From NCBI GenBank assembly GCA_000004985.1, contig GG738908.1: a stretch of DNA of 64,000 nucleotides; one strand, 5' to 3'. Both the position numbers and the translations under genes were made by a program. Origin of the DNA: Naegleria gruberi. Lineage: Eukaryota. The notes beneath the pieces are model-generated. The model ran no database searches and had not been told where the DNA came from. It saw only the letters and a list, made by a program, of their open reading frames with translations. Positions 1 through 10,325 of the stretch are shown piece after piece (position 1 is the first letter of the stretch; each line of letters opens with the position of its first letter).

Positions 1-1028
1 GTGAATTCATTATTTGAGTCTGGTGTACAATATTGATCTGATTTTGAACAATATTCGGCAAAATAAATACCAGCTCCAAATAATCCACTCAAACTTGCAA
101 CTCTTTCATCAGATCCATGCTCAGTAATTGCTTGAACGTATTCAGGTTTAGTTCCATGCCATAAATATTTTTCATTCATATCAGAATTCAATCCACTATT
201 TTTCATCCATTCGAATGCTGTTGATGATTTTGGAATTTCTTCAGTTTTAACTTGAATATAGTTTGGAGGATCTTGATATGATTGTAAATGATTAACTCTT
301 GCTGCAAAAGATGAAAATAAAGAATAATTTTCCACTCTATGAACACTTGAAACTATTAATTTAGAATAAAATGCTTTTTGAATCTGATCTCTACCTGATC
401 CGAGTGTACGGGTGTTACATGTGGAATTCATAATTTCTTGTACAATATCTTTCAAATATTGTGAAACATCAATTACATAATATCTTGAAGTGAATGATAA
501 GAAAGTATTATTCTTCCAATAACTTGGAAGTGAAACAATTAATTGTTGTGATTGGGTTGATGGTTGAAACACCTTCTCAATCAACCATTGAACACTTGAA
601 TAATGTCCATTGACTTGAACAATGGATGAATAATTTGATTTCTCATCACTTTTAACACCCAAATATAATTGACTGTTGAGATTGATCAGAGAAACTGAAT
701 TATGATCACATTTCTTGACAATCCATTGGTAATTTTTCCAAGCAGGATTATCCCATTGAATGATAGAAACTCCCTCATTCATATATCCATTGTCAGCACA
801 AACATATTTACCGCTGGCTTCACATTTGATGAGAACAATTAGATCATTCTGGTTGTTTCCTGTATCACTACTTTTTATCAAGACAAATTGACTACGACTG
901 ACACTTGGATTCTCCCATAATTGAAAATAGGCTCCATTATTTGAAAAATCACTAGAAATATTCAAATATTTCCCACTGTTAACATTTTTAATAGTAACAG
1001 GTGTGTTTAATAGTGCTTGAACATGCAT
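1..1028 (-). CDS. Ricin-B lectin (beta-trefoil, QxW repeats) + PARP-type ADP-ribosyltransferase catalytic domain protein. The 5' end is complete and the 3' end runs off the window start.
   Basis: Manual minus-strand translation from ATG at 1028: MHVQALLNTPVTIKNVNSGKYLNISSDFSNNGAYFQLWEN...IIQWDNPAWKNYQWIV...SSVQWLIEK (three QxW beta-trefoil repeats), then ...KYLWHGTKPEYVQAITEHGSDERVASLSGLFGAGIYFAEYCSKSDQY (PARP H-G-S/T and GxGxYFA NAD-binding motifs). The frame is open through position 1. It is absent from the ORF track because it is incomplete. Confidence 0.7.
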   Translation of the reverse strand, partial: MHVQALLNTPVTIKNVNSGKYLNISSDFSNNGAYFQLWENPSVSRSQFVLIKSSDTGNNQNDLIVLIKCEASGKYVCADNGYMNEGVSIIQWDNPAWKNYQWIVKKCDHNSVSLINLNSQLYLGVKSDEKSNYSSIVQVNGHYSSVQWLIEKVFQPSTQSQQLIVSLPSYWKNNTFLSFTSRYYVIDVSQYLKDIVQEIMNSTCNTRTLGSGRDQIQKAFYSKLIVSSVHRVENYSLFSSFAARVNHLQSYQDPPNYIQVKTEEIPKSSTAFEWMKNSGLNSDMNEKYLWHGTKPEYVQAITEHGSDERVASLSGLFGAGIYFAEYCSKSDQYCTPDSNNEF

Positions 1029-1270
1029 GTTGAAGAGATCACTGTGAAATATTGGTGGAAGATTTTTTTAAGTTGACTCTTTTTGCTTTGGTGAATGCTT
1101 AGCAAAGAATGCAGATGTTTGGATGTGTAAATGACAACTCGTCATTGCATTCGCACAGCGTTGCCTAATACTGATGAATCTTGGACCAGGTGATAAAGAG
1201 AGGCTTTTAAATCTGTAAAGGAGGTTAAATCATGATGAATAAAGCCATTGTAAAATTTCCAAACACAAAT

Positions 1271-2065
1271 TTATTGAGATAATTCTCTCAACTTGGTCAT
1301 TGCCTTGGAAATAATAGATGGGAATCTTCCATACATTGAAGCATCATAAATAACTTGTTTGATTTCAGATATTACCTGACTTTGCTTGATTGCTTTCTCA
1401 AGAGACATTTCAATGACATGATCATATTGACTTGGATTTGAGTTTTTAATTCCAACTCCATTGGCGTTGGCAGCAACAGAAAGTGATAAAGCAGTCATAT
1501 CACTCAACTCCAAGGCCCTCAAATAGGCATTCTCAACAGTTTGGTATAAAATGTTTGGATTTCCATTCTTGGTGGACATGGCATCTGCTGTTGTGGCCAC
1601 TGCCATAGCCATGGAAGTTGAATCTGCCAAATAAATTGATTTTTCAAAAGATTTCAACACAACATATTGATAGAGGAGTGGATTTCCATCCTTGCTTCCA
1701 GTAGCATCAGCGTTGGTAGCCACAGCCAAACTCAATGGTGTAGAATCAGCCAATTTAATAGCGCTCAAATAGGCATAATTAATTGATTCCAAATATGAAT
1801 TTAAATTCATCACTTCCATTGCAGATGCATCAGCATGTGTGGCCACAGCCATAGCCAAACTACTTGTTGAACATAAATCAGCAGCCTTTCTATAATAATT
1901 ATTGGCATCTCTGACTTGTCCAGCAAGAACTGATTGATCTGCCAATCCCAACAAATAAACTGCTAAATTATCATTCGTCTCGGAATTGACATGAACCAAA
2001 CTTCCCAAACAAATAAATATCAAGATGAGAATAACCAATTTTCCAATCATCATCTTTACTGACAT
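1271..2065 (-). CDS. Secreted Sel1-like (SLR/TPR-like) repeat protein
   Basis: ATG at 2065. The N-terminus is hydrophobic (MMIGKLVILILIFICLGSLVHVNS). It has 4-5 tandem ~36-aa repeats of the form YL.ADS....MAVATTADA.....G.GV..N...A..wY, which fit the Sel1-like repeat consensus. Confidence 0.45.
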   Translation of the reverse strand: MSVKMMIGKLVILILIFICLGSLVHVNSETNDNLAVYLLGLADQSVLAGQVRDANNYYRKAADLCSTSSLAMAVATHADASAMEVMNLNSYLESINYAYLSAIKLADSTPLSLAVATNADATGSKDGNPLLYQYVVLKSFEKSIYLADSTSMAMAVATTADAMSTKNGNPNILYQTVENAYLRALELSDMTALSLSVAANANGVGIKNSNPSQYDHVIEMSLEKAIKQSQVISEIKQVIYDASMYGRFPSIISKAMTKLRELSQ

Positions 2066-2245
2066 TTTTTTAGATGGAGAAGGGCGTGTAATTTCAGGAG
2101 TTTCTGGTGGGTCATTCGAATAGGTGCGCGGACTTTCAAATTTTTTCTTTGAATTGTAACAAAGTTTACAATTAATATTTTAATATCTTTAATAGTACAA
2201 TATTTCAAGATTCTCGCTTAGTAGAAATAATTATTTGAAAAAAAA

Positions 2246-3601
2246 ATGCAAAAAAGTTTTGTGAGGAATTGTTATCAAAATGTTGTTGCATCAATTAAAT
2301 CATCTCATGAATTATGTACAATTCGGAGGAATATAATTTTTAATCAAAGAATGTTTGCAATTTTATCGAATGATCATCATCGTGATGGAGTAATGGAAAT
2401 AGCATGCAATAATTTCGGAAATGTCAGAGATTCGATTATTAAATTACAGAAAGTTATTAGTGAAAATAATTATTGTGAAGGAGAGAAGGAAAAGGAGAAA
2501 TTAATTTCCAATTTTTTGCAGTATTCGCAAGGAATGATGTTTTTGATTAAATCAATTTCTCAGGAGAGTTTTAATATTTCAGAAATGAAGCCAATTCATA
2601 ATTTAGAAATGGGAATTTCAATAGATGGAAAAGATGTTTTAGAGATTGATCAGGTCAGCTATTTGAATTTTCTTAGAAAAAGCTATTTAAGAGAATTCAA
2701 TAAGGAATATTTATGTTCAAGAGAAAAGCTAATTAGTTTAATTTTGTTGACTACCGAATTAATTTATTCAAAGAATGCAGAAGGGCTGAGAGCGATGGCC
2801 ATGTTTGTTCGAGATTATCCAAGAGTGAAAGAATTATATACTAAACTGTATGAAGGATCAATTGAGCAATCTTGGACTAGCATTTTAGGGAAACGATTTA
2901 GTGAAGATGAATTTGATTGGATTTATGATTTGGAAACTGAACTACCTCTAAATATTAATGGAATGTATAATATTTTCAAATCTATAACTACTAAGCAAAC
3001 CAAAGATGAAATAATAGATATTTGCGATGATGAAATGGTAAAATCCCCACTCAATCCTTATATTCCACTCATGAAAGGAGTTCTATTTAATAATTCTGAA
3101 TCTATCAATCAAGCTCTAGAAATTTTGAAAAATTCAAAACAAATCAACATAGATACCCTCCATAGAATTCATCAATCTAATTTATATAATAATGAAACTA
3201 CTAAGGAACGAATTAATGATCTAAAATTCACTCCAATCCTATTTTGGAAGTGTCACTTTGAAAATTCTAATAGTAACGTATCTGATTGGATCCACCAAAT
3301 TGAAACTCATTCAAGATTTCCTACGCATTACAATTTAATTCAATTAGGACTAACTTCATCATTTAGAAATGGAAATTACACTAGAGTACTGGATTTTATT
3401 CAATTAATGAAACATTACGAATCTCAAATACCTACTGATGAATTATTTGAATCTATTATGCTGGGAATTGAAGCAGCAAGAAAACTAAATAGAGAAAATG
3501 AGTTAAAATCATTCATTGAAATGCTCATAGACAAACATGGAGACAATTCACCATTTCCTTCTCTATTACAAAATCTTACAAACATTGAAAGCATTTCATA
3601 A
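2246..3601 (+). CDS. Hypothetical protein (451 aa), no recognised domain
   Basis: Long ORF with a true ATG at 2246 preceded by an A-rich leader. Codon usage matches neighbouring genes. Confidence 0.5.
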   Translation: MQKSFVRNCYQNVVASIKSSHELCTIRRNIIFNQRMFAILSNDHHRDGVMEIACNNFGNVRDSIIKLQKVISENNYCEGEKEKEKLISNFLQYSQGMMFLIKSISQESFNISEMKPIHNLEMGISIDGKDVLEIDQVSYLNFLRKSYLREFNKEYLCSREKLISLILLTTELIYSKNAEGLRAMAMFVRDYPRVKELYTKLYEGSIEQSWTSILGKRFSEDEFDWIYDLETELPLNINGMYNIFKSITTKQTKDEIIDICDDEMVKSPLNPYIPLMKGVLFNNSESINQALEILKNSKQINIDTLHRIHQSNLYNNETTKERINDLKFTPILFWKCHFENSNSNVSDWIHQIETHSRFPTHYNLIQLGLTSSFRNGNYTRVLDFIQLMKHYESQIPTDELFESIMLGIEAARKLNRENELKSFIEMLIDKHGDNSPFPSLLQNLTNIESIS

Positions 3602-3779
3602 TGAACTATATTGATTTCAATAGCAGACTATAGTAGATTAGAATAATATACAATCATTGAATCTTTTCTTATAGTACCTCAACACAAATAGTTCTAATTG
3701 AAAAATACAAGATCTTGTATTGTGGTTAAAACTTTGGCGCCAAAATGGTGTACGAATAAAAACACAAATTGAAAAAAAA

Positions 3780-4287
3780 ATGTTGACATCCCTACCATTT
3801 CAACTCGTTGTATTAGGAAACACTATTTGGTCTTTTGTTGTTATTGCAATATCCATAATTACACTGATCGTAAAGGGATCCATATTGCTTTATCCTTCAT
3901 ATGCTCTTGCGTTGGAATTTATTGGATGGTTCTGTTATGCAATCATCACGTATGCAAACTTGAAATTAAGTATGTAAATGTATTAATGCTTGATTGTTTG
4001 AACATTGACATTCCGAATACCTTAGATTCACTTGGAAATTTCACTGAAAATTATACACCAATTTTCTTGAGCTTGCCATTTCTATTGTTAATGTTGGGAG
4101 GTTCAATTTATTTTCTTTGTCTTCAAGTATATGTGTAAGTGGAATCAAAAATGATAATATTGATCAATTATGTAATAACAGATTAATGTTTGAAGTTATT
4201 TTCAACAGTATTTCCCTTGTATTAATTGTAGCAAACTTTGTTGCCTCTGTAATTGTTGGACTAACATTTGTTAGATTTGCTGTTTAA
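3780..4287 (+). CDS. Candidate 3-exon gene for a small (~135 aa) 4-TM membrane protein
   Basis: Exons 3780..3969, 4026..4134 and 4182..4287. Donor A|GTATGT at 3970 is phase 1, and acceptor TTAG|AT at 4025 follows it. Donor GT|GTAAGT at 4135 is phase 2, and acceptor AACAG|A at 4181 follows it. The splices join the two overlapping ORFs 3720..3977 and 3827..4138 and add a third hydrophobic segment (VLMFEVIFNSISLVLIVANFVASVIVGLTFVRFAV*). All exons encode TM-like helices. Confidence 0.3.
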
Positions 4288-4467
4288 TCCATTCGAAACA
4301 GTTTAAATTTGAGAAATTAAATTATTGCTGTATGAAAATATGTGATGGTAATCACATACTTCTGTTCAACAGCCTTATTATAGAAAACTGAAAATGTATG
4401 AGGATCAAAGAAAGTAATATTTAAAATAACAATATCGGAATCCAATCAATTCAAATACAAATAAAAA

Positions 4468-4896
4468 ATGAGTTCAAGTAAACCAAAGCTTGCCAACCCA
4501 AGTTTTCAAAAGAGCGAAAAGGCTAACCAAGAAGCCGCTATAGATGAATTAGAACAAATGTACAAACATAAATTCTCTTGGATGGATGATGTTGTTGATA
4601 TTAGAGATGAATGTCCATTGTGTATGGTCTATGTAAATTCACCTTGTTATGATGCTTTCAGTGATTATAACAAATTGGATGATGTTAAACTTGAATTGAA
4701 GAATTCCATCCGAAAGGAAAAAACATCTGAAAAGGAACTTGAATATAAACTCTATGTTCAAAAAACTGATTTGGCTTGGGATAAATTAATGAAGTGTGTC
4801 AATCCACAACAAGAATTATATTTGAATAGACAAAAAGAATTGAGATCATACATTAACAATGTCCAACAATATGAAAAGAAAGCATTAGGAGAGTAA
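4468..4896 (+). CDS. Hypothetical small protein (142 aa) with a CPLC...C...C cysteine motif
   Basis: ORF with ATG start and A-rich leader. No confident homology is recognisable. Confidence 0.4.
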   Translation: MSSSKPKLANPSFQKSEKANQEAAIDELEQMYKHKFSWMDDVVDIRDECPLCMVYVNSPCYDAFSDYNKLDDVKLELKNSIRKEKTSEKELEYKLYVQKTDLAWDKLMKCVNPQQELYLNRQKELRSYINNVQQYEKKALGE

Positions 4897-5167
4897 TTTT
4901 ACAATAGGGTTATCATCAAAATAATAATAATAATTGAAATTACCAATTGAAAAGAGATCTCGGATATAATACTTGACAATATTATGATGCACAAATAATC
5001 ATCATAATAAAGTATACTACTCAATAAATATATTAATTTATAATCACAATAATTCCTAAACAATTTCAAAAGTGTAGTAAGGTAAGTTGTATGAAACTTT
5101 CCCGCCCAAAAAGAATTATTTTGCACCAACACTGCTACAATATTTCCCACCAACACAATACAAAAAA

Positions 5168-5686
5168 ATGCAAAAATACGGTTCTAAGAAGATTGGTGCA
5201 ACCAGTGCTACATCAAGCAATAAGCAAAAGGTACAAATTGAATTAACTGATGAACAAAGACAAGAAATTAAAGAAGCCTTTGATTTATTCGATATGGATG
5301 GTTCAGGTAAAATTGATGCAAAGGAATTGAAGGTGGCAATGAGAGCACTCGGTTTTGAACCAAAGAAAGAGGAAATTAAAAAGATGATCTCCGGAATTGA
5401 TAATGGATCTGGTAAAATTGATTTTAATGATTTCCTTCAATTAATGACAGCAAAAATGAGTGAAAAGGATAGCCATGCCGAAATAATGAAAGCTTTCCGT
5501 CTCTTTGATGAAGACGATTCTGGATTTATTACATTTGCAAATCTCAAAAGAGTTGCTAAAGATTTGGGTGAAAATATGACTGATGAAGAATTGAGAGAAA
5601 TGATTGAAGAAGCTGATCGATCGAATCAGGGACAAATCTCAAAGGAAGATTTCCTCCGTATTATGAAAAAGACAAACCTCTTTTAA
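5168..5686 (+). CDS. Centrin (caltractin), an EF-hand Ca-binding protein of 172 aa
   Basis: Four EF-hands: [38 protein letters not shown] and [13 protein letters not shown]. The basic N-terminal extension [13 protein letters not shown] is typical of centrins. The in-frame ATG at 5168 is chosen as the true start; the ORF-track start at 5087 lies upstream in the same frame. Confidence 0.9.
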   Translation: MQKYGSKKIGATSATSSNKQKVQIELTDEQRQEIKEAFDLFDMDGSGKIDAKELKVAMRALGFEPKKEEIKKMISGIDNGSGKIDFNDFLQLMTAKMSEKDSHAEIMKAFRLFDEDDSGFITFANLKRVAKDLGENMTDEELREMIEEADRSNQGQISKEDFLRIMKKTNLF

Positions 5687-5836
5687 AATTTTTCAAATTC
5701 CCTTCTGTACAATTTCGCAACAATGACTAATATAATCATCCACCAATCTTCTATTTATCCTCCTTTTTTCTAATTATTATCAATAAATTAAAACTAATTC
5801 TACAAGAATAACAACAATTATTAATATTTAAAAAAA

Positions 5837-6301
5837 ATGAAATCCTTCGCTTCAACTCTTGCTCGCATCAATCGTCATAGCAGAATCTCAACAATTTCTT
5901 CTATTCGTTCTTTCCACTCATCAAGAGCTTCCCTTTTGGACATTAATATTGAAGATGATTTTAAAAAGTTTGAAACTTTGGCCGAACAAGGAAAGTCTGC
6001 TGAAGTTATTAGTATCATCAACAAGGACCAATTAGATGGTAAAATTACATATAAAAACGCTTGGAGATATATTCGCGGATATGCTCTCTTGAAGAAGGAA
6101 GCTGAAGCTGAACAATTATATAACCAATTTATTGATGTTATTAATCCTGATGATAAAATCTCGTTGATTTATCACTACAATGCTATCCTCAATGTTTACA
6201 TCAATACTCAAAATACTGACAAGGCTAGTAAGATTTTCCGTCAAATTCCAAAGATTCCAAAGAAGGCTTTCGAAGAATTGTTGGCTCAACAAAAGAAGTA
6301 A
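5837..6301 (+). CDS. Hypothetical small protein with an N-terminal mitochondrial-presequence-like region
   Basis: MKSFASTLARINRHSRISTISSIRSFHSSRAS is R/S-rich with no acidic residues. It has an ATG start and compact flanks. Confidence 0.4.
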   Translation: MKSFASTLARINRHSRISTISSIRSFHSSRASLLDINIEDDFKKFETLAEQGKSAEVISIINKDQLDGKITYKNAWRYIRGYALLKKEAEAEQLYNQFIDVINPDDKISLIYHYNAILNVYINTQNTDKASKIFRQIPKIPKKAFEELLAQQKK

Positions 6302-6566
6302 ACAATACATTATCTTGAATTAATCATAACAATAATTTTAAAGTAATGCAAACCACTATCACACAAAGTTTTGGGACCTCCAACAATAACTTTAAACATC
6401 ATAGGACTTTTTAATAATAAAAAAACAATAATTATGTAAAATTACAGTAGGTCTTTATTAAATTATTATTAAATACTATTAGAGGAGCTGTTATGTGTTG
6501 TTAGTCAATGGTTAAATAATAACAATTTAATAATTTAATGAACAAGAAGCTATTTAATAATAAAAA

Positions 6567-8163
6567 ATGGATAGAAATACACCACAAGTAAGTTGTCGGA
6601 CCACTTTGCGTTTAACCATAAAATTAACCTCTTTTCATCACTAACAACAAATAAATACAACAGAATAACAACAATTATTCATCATCATCACATCATTATC
6701 ACGGTGGAAGGGATTACAATCGTAGAGATTATGACAGGTATGATAATAATTACTATCACAATGATAGAAGAGATTATGATGGGTATAATTCTTACTCAAA
6801 CCGAGGTGGAGGATCATCATATCACAACAACAACAACAACAACAACAGAACACCTCCTCCACGATCATCAAATTATAGGGAACAACAAGAAAATGGAGAT
6901 TCATCACCTCCTAGAAGTCCAACATCCTCATCCCAAACATCAAAAATTAGAGAAATGTCGTATGCTGAGAGGGTTAGTATTTTCAAGAAAATGTTAGATG
7001 ATTGTAAAGTTCAAATAGATGATGATTGGTCTAGAGCAATGAAAAGAGTTGGTAACGACTCTAGAGTTAAAATAATTAGTAGGATTCAAGATAGAAAGGA
7101 CATCTTTCATCAATACATTTCCGAAAAAATTACTAGGGAAAGAGAAATGAAAAGAGAAAAACGAAGAAAATTAAGAGAGGATTTTTTAAGTATGTTAGCA
7201 GAACTAAAATCTACTCCTATATTTTCTCAACCTAAAGCCTATCTATCAACAACTTATCAACAGGTTTTACCAAAAATTGAAAATGACCACAGATTTTTAA
7301 ATGTGGAAAGTGAGGATGACAGATTGGATTATTTTTACTCTTTTCTTGATGAATTGGAAAATAAGGATAAGGATATTTCAAAACAAGAAAAGAAGGAGAA
7401 GAAAATACGTTTTAAAGAGTTACTCATCAGGAAGAAGGAACAAGGCCTAATTTCCTACAGAACTCTTTGGAGACATATCAGAGAAAAAATTCAATCAGAG
7501 GAAGAATATAAAGCTTTAGATTACTGTGATAGATTGTTAGTTTGGGAAGAATTCATTTCAAATTTGGAGCTTGAACATTATAACAAGAAAAAGCAAAGAC
7601 GTGAAGAAAGAGAAAGACTCATTAAACAACATGCAGATAATTATTGGGATTTACTCTCTGATTTGAGAAAGAGTGGTAAAGTCAATGTACTTTCTAGCTG
7701 GAAGGAGGTTAAGCCAATAATTGAAACTGAGGATCGTTATCAAGCTATTGCTAATCAAACTGTAGACATACCACCATCTTCACCAATGAGGCATCAAGAA
7801 CAAAGATCACGTAATACTATTGAAAAGGCCAGAGCTATTTTCAATGATTTTATAGATCATTTACTTTCAATCTACAAACAAGACAAGAAAACATTTAGAA
7901 AATTGATTAAGGATTTGGATATTGTAATTGATGATACAAGCAACTTTGAAGAATTCAAATCAAAGATAGAGAAGGATGACAGAGTTTCATCAATTAGTCC
8001 TGACAATATTTCTATTCTTTTTGAGGAAGCTGTTGATAAGGCTAAAGACAAGAAAAGAAAATATCAACCAACCTCGGAAGAAAATTTCAATCAGGATGAG
8101 GTAGGTGAAGATTTTAAACACAGGAAAATTGAAGGCTCTGAACAGATGACAAATCAGCAATAA
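6567..8163 (+). CDS. FF-domain protein (Prp40/TCERG1-like) with an RD/RS-like and poly-N N-terminal region. Two exons.
   Basis: Exon 1 is 6567..6587 (MDRNTPQ) followed by GTAAGT. The 76-nt intron 6588..6663 ends in ACAG. Exon 2, 6664..8163, is in frame with ORF 6955..8163 and extends it by 97 stop-free codons (NNNNYSSSSHHYHGGRDYNRRDYDRYD...NNNNNNNRTPPPRSS...SPPRSPTSSSQTSKIRE-MSYAERV...). FF-like repeats are present (IFKKMLDDCKVQIDDDWSRAMKRV...DIFHQYI). Confidence 0.6.
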
Positions 8164-8253
8164 ACTCAAATTATTGTGATGTTGTAAATATTAAATATTT
8201 TTGTCTATCAAAATGAAGTAGAATTGAAAAATGTAAATAATCAGTTAAAAGGT

Positions 8254-8327
8254 TACAGCGAGCGGGGCTTGAACCCGCGACCTTAAGCGTGTTAGGCTTA
8301 CGATCTAACCAACTGATCTATCGCTGC
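8254..8327 (-). tRNA. tRNA-Val (anticodon AAC)
   Basis: The minus-strand cloverleaf GCAGCGA-TA-GATC-AGTTGGTTA-GATC-G-TAAGC-CTAACAC-GCTTA-AGGTC-GCGGG-TTCAAGC-CCCGC-TCGCTGT-A. The anticodon loop is CT-AAC-AC, the T-loop is TTCAAGC, the discriminator is A, and there is a G1.U72 wobble. Confidence 0.85.
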
Positions 8328-8476
8328 TTACATTTTGTGAATCATAACCTTATTCCACGTAATCTGGAAAGAGCAATTTCAGTTCTGTTATTTAAAAGTT
8401 TCTGTTTTGGCTGGAATTAAAACAGAATATTTCCATTTTAATATCTTTAAAAATAGAAAATAAAAAGCTTAAAAAA

Positions 8477-10123
8477 ATGGATCCGCAACAACCTGAAGAA
8501 GATACCAATCTTTTCGAAGAGATTCTACTCCGATCTGTTTCGACAACTGTTTCCAGTGAACCAAGTACAACATCTGAATATATTTATGATCATAAGGATT
8601 ATAAATTTAAATCTGATTCGGATATTCCAAGACTTTTACTACAAAGAAAAATACATTTTGGATCGGAAAGATATTTTCCAAATATTTGTAAGAGAATCAA
8701 TCCTTATAGTGATGTAAGATTTAGTCCGCATAAAAAATTGAAATCACATTCTTCCTTGATTTATCAAATGCATTTGAGCCATGTGATTCATGATAAGAAG
8801 AATGGACATAGAGGTTGTGTTAATTCTGTTAATTGGGCACCAGCTGAGGATGTATTGAAGAGTAATTGTTATGGAGGTGTAGATTTGAATAATTTGCTAA
8901 TTTCTGGAAGTGATGATTGTCATATTAATATTTGGGATGCAAACAAATCGAAATGTCTTCAAAGAGTTCCAACACCTCATACAGGAAATATATTTTGTGT
9001 TAAGTGGTTTCCAAATACTAACTTGTCGACATTTATTTCTAGTGCAGCTGATGGAAAGATTGGAATTTATAGAAATGGAAAACATACTCAATCTATTAAG
9101 GAACATAATGGAATGGTACATAGGGTTTGCATTGAGAATGGATCTTCTGATATATTTATTTCAATATCACAAGATGGTAGTTGTAAATTATTTGATTTGA
9201 GACAACCTGTGCATCAACATACAACTTTATTAACCTTAAAAGAAGGTTCCACTGGAACTAAATCAGTTGATATCAATAGTATTGACATGAATCCATTGGA
9301 TGTAAATGAATTCATTTTGGGATGTGATGATCAATACGTGAGACTCTTTGATAGAAGAAGAATTTTGAATAATGAACCAAGGAATACCTATTGTCCTACT
9401 AATTTAATCACAAGAAATCAAGAAGGAACACAATATCTATTCCCAACTCATGTGACAGGTGTTAGATTCAACAAACATGGTAACGAAATATTGGCTACCT
9501 ATAGTGGGGATAATATTTATTTATTTGATAAGAATGGCCCAGACTCAAAGATGAAATACAATGGGCATTGTAATATTAGAACAGTTAAAGAAGTTAATTT
9601 CTTTGGAGAGGATTCTGAGTTTGTAATATCAGGAAGTGATTGTGGAAATGTTTTTGTTTGGGATAAGAAAACAGGTTGTATTGTAAATATTGTAAAGGGA
9701 GATCAGCATGTAGTTAATTGCCTATCTCCTCACCCTTATTACCCAGGTGTATTGGCTACAAGTGGTATTGAGTATAATATCAAATTATTTGAAATGGGCA
9801 AATTGGACTATTTTGGAGATAAAAAAGAAACTAAAATTTCAAATAATATTGCTTACAGAGTTAATAATCAATCAAGCGATGTTTCTGAGTTGGTAAAGGA
9901 AAATGAAAGAAAATTGAGAGAAGGTCATCAAAGTTTAATTCTTCCAGCTAGTATGGTTTTGAATATTATGCAACTATTGAGTGAGACTGAAACTGAAGAG
10001 GCAACAAATCAACCACGTGTAAACAGAAGACAAAGAAGACTCAGAGAATTACTTCAATTCCTCGGAGATATGTGGCAAAGTGATGACGATTCTGATGAGG
10101 AAGACGAAAGTGACGAAGAGTAA
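8477..10123 (+). CDS. WD40-repeat protein, DCAF8/WDR42-like, with an acidic C-terminal tail
   Basis: WD repeats such as LLISGSDDCHINIWD, FISSAADGKIGIY, ISISQDGSCKLFD and VISGSDCGNVFVWD. The C-terminus is DDDSDEEDESDEE. ATG at 8477. Confidence 0.65.
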   Translation: MDPQQPEEDTNLFEEILLRSVSTTVSSEPSTTSEYIYDHKDYKFKSDSDIPRLLLQRKIHFGSERYFPNICKRINPYSDVRFSPHKKLKSHSSLIYQMHLSHVIHDKKNGHRGCVNSVNWAPAEDVLKSNCYGGVDLNNLLISGSDDCHINIWDANKSKCLQRVPTPHTGNIFCVKWFPNTNLSTFISSAADGKIGIYRNGKHTQSIKEHNGMVHRVCIENGSSDIFISISQDGSCKLFDLRQPVHQHTTLLTLKEGSTGTKSVDINSIDMNPLDVNEFILGCDDQYVRLFDRRRILNNEPRNTYCPTNLITRNQEGTQYLFPTHVTGVRFNKHGNEILATYSGDNIYLFDKNGPDSKMKYNGHCNIRTVKEVNFFGEDSEFVISGSDCGNVFVWDKKTGCIVNIVKGDQHVVNCLSPHPYYPGVLATSGIEYNIKLFEMGKLDYFGDKKETKISNNIAYRVNNQSSDVSELVKENERKLREGHQSLILPASMVLNIMQLLSETETEEATNQPRVNRRQRRLRELLQFLGDMWQSDDDSDEEDESDEE

Positions 10124-10325
10124 CCTTAATAAATATTTATATTCTTACTTTTACTGAAGAATAATATTCAGAAATTTAATTATATAGAGGATTACTGAAT
10201 TACTAATCTTGAAAGTTGGTATTTTACAAGATTTAGTCTTTGATCCTTTCTAATGCCCAGTTTCTAATCCATAGTAGGTTTGATATTTTCAGGTGTTTAG
10301 TTATTGCTTAATCACCCTTAAAAAA

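Noticed and set aside
6593-6997. ORF 6593..6997 (HHHH/TTTTTTTT-rich peptide)
   Set aside because: It is the wrong frame over exon 2 of the FF-domain gene, which uses the frame continuous with 6955..8163.
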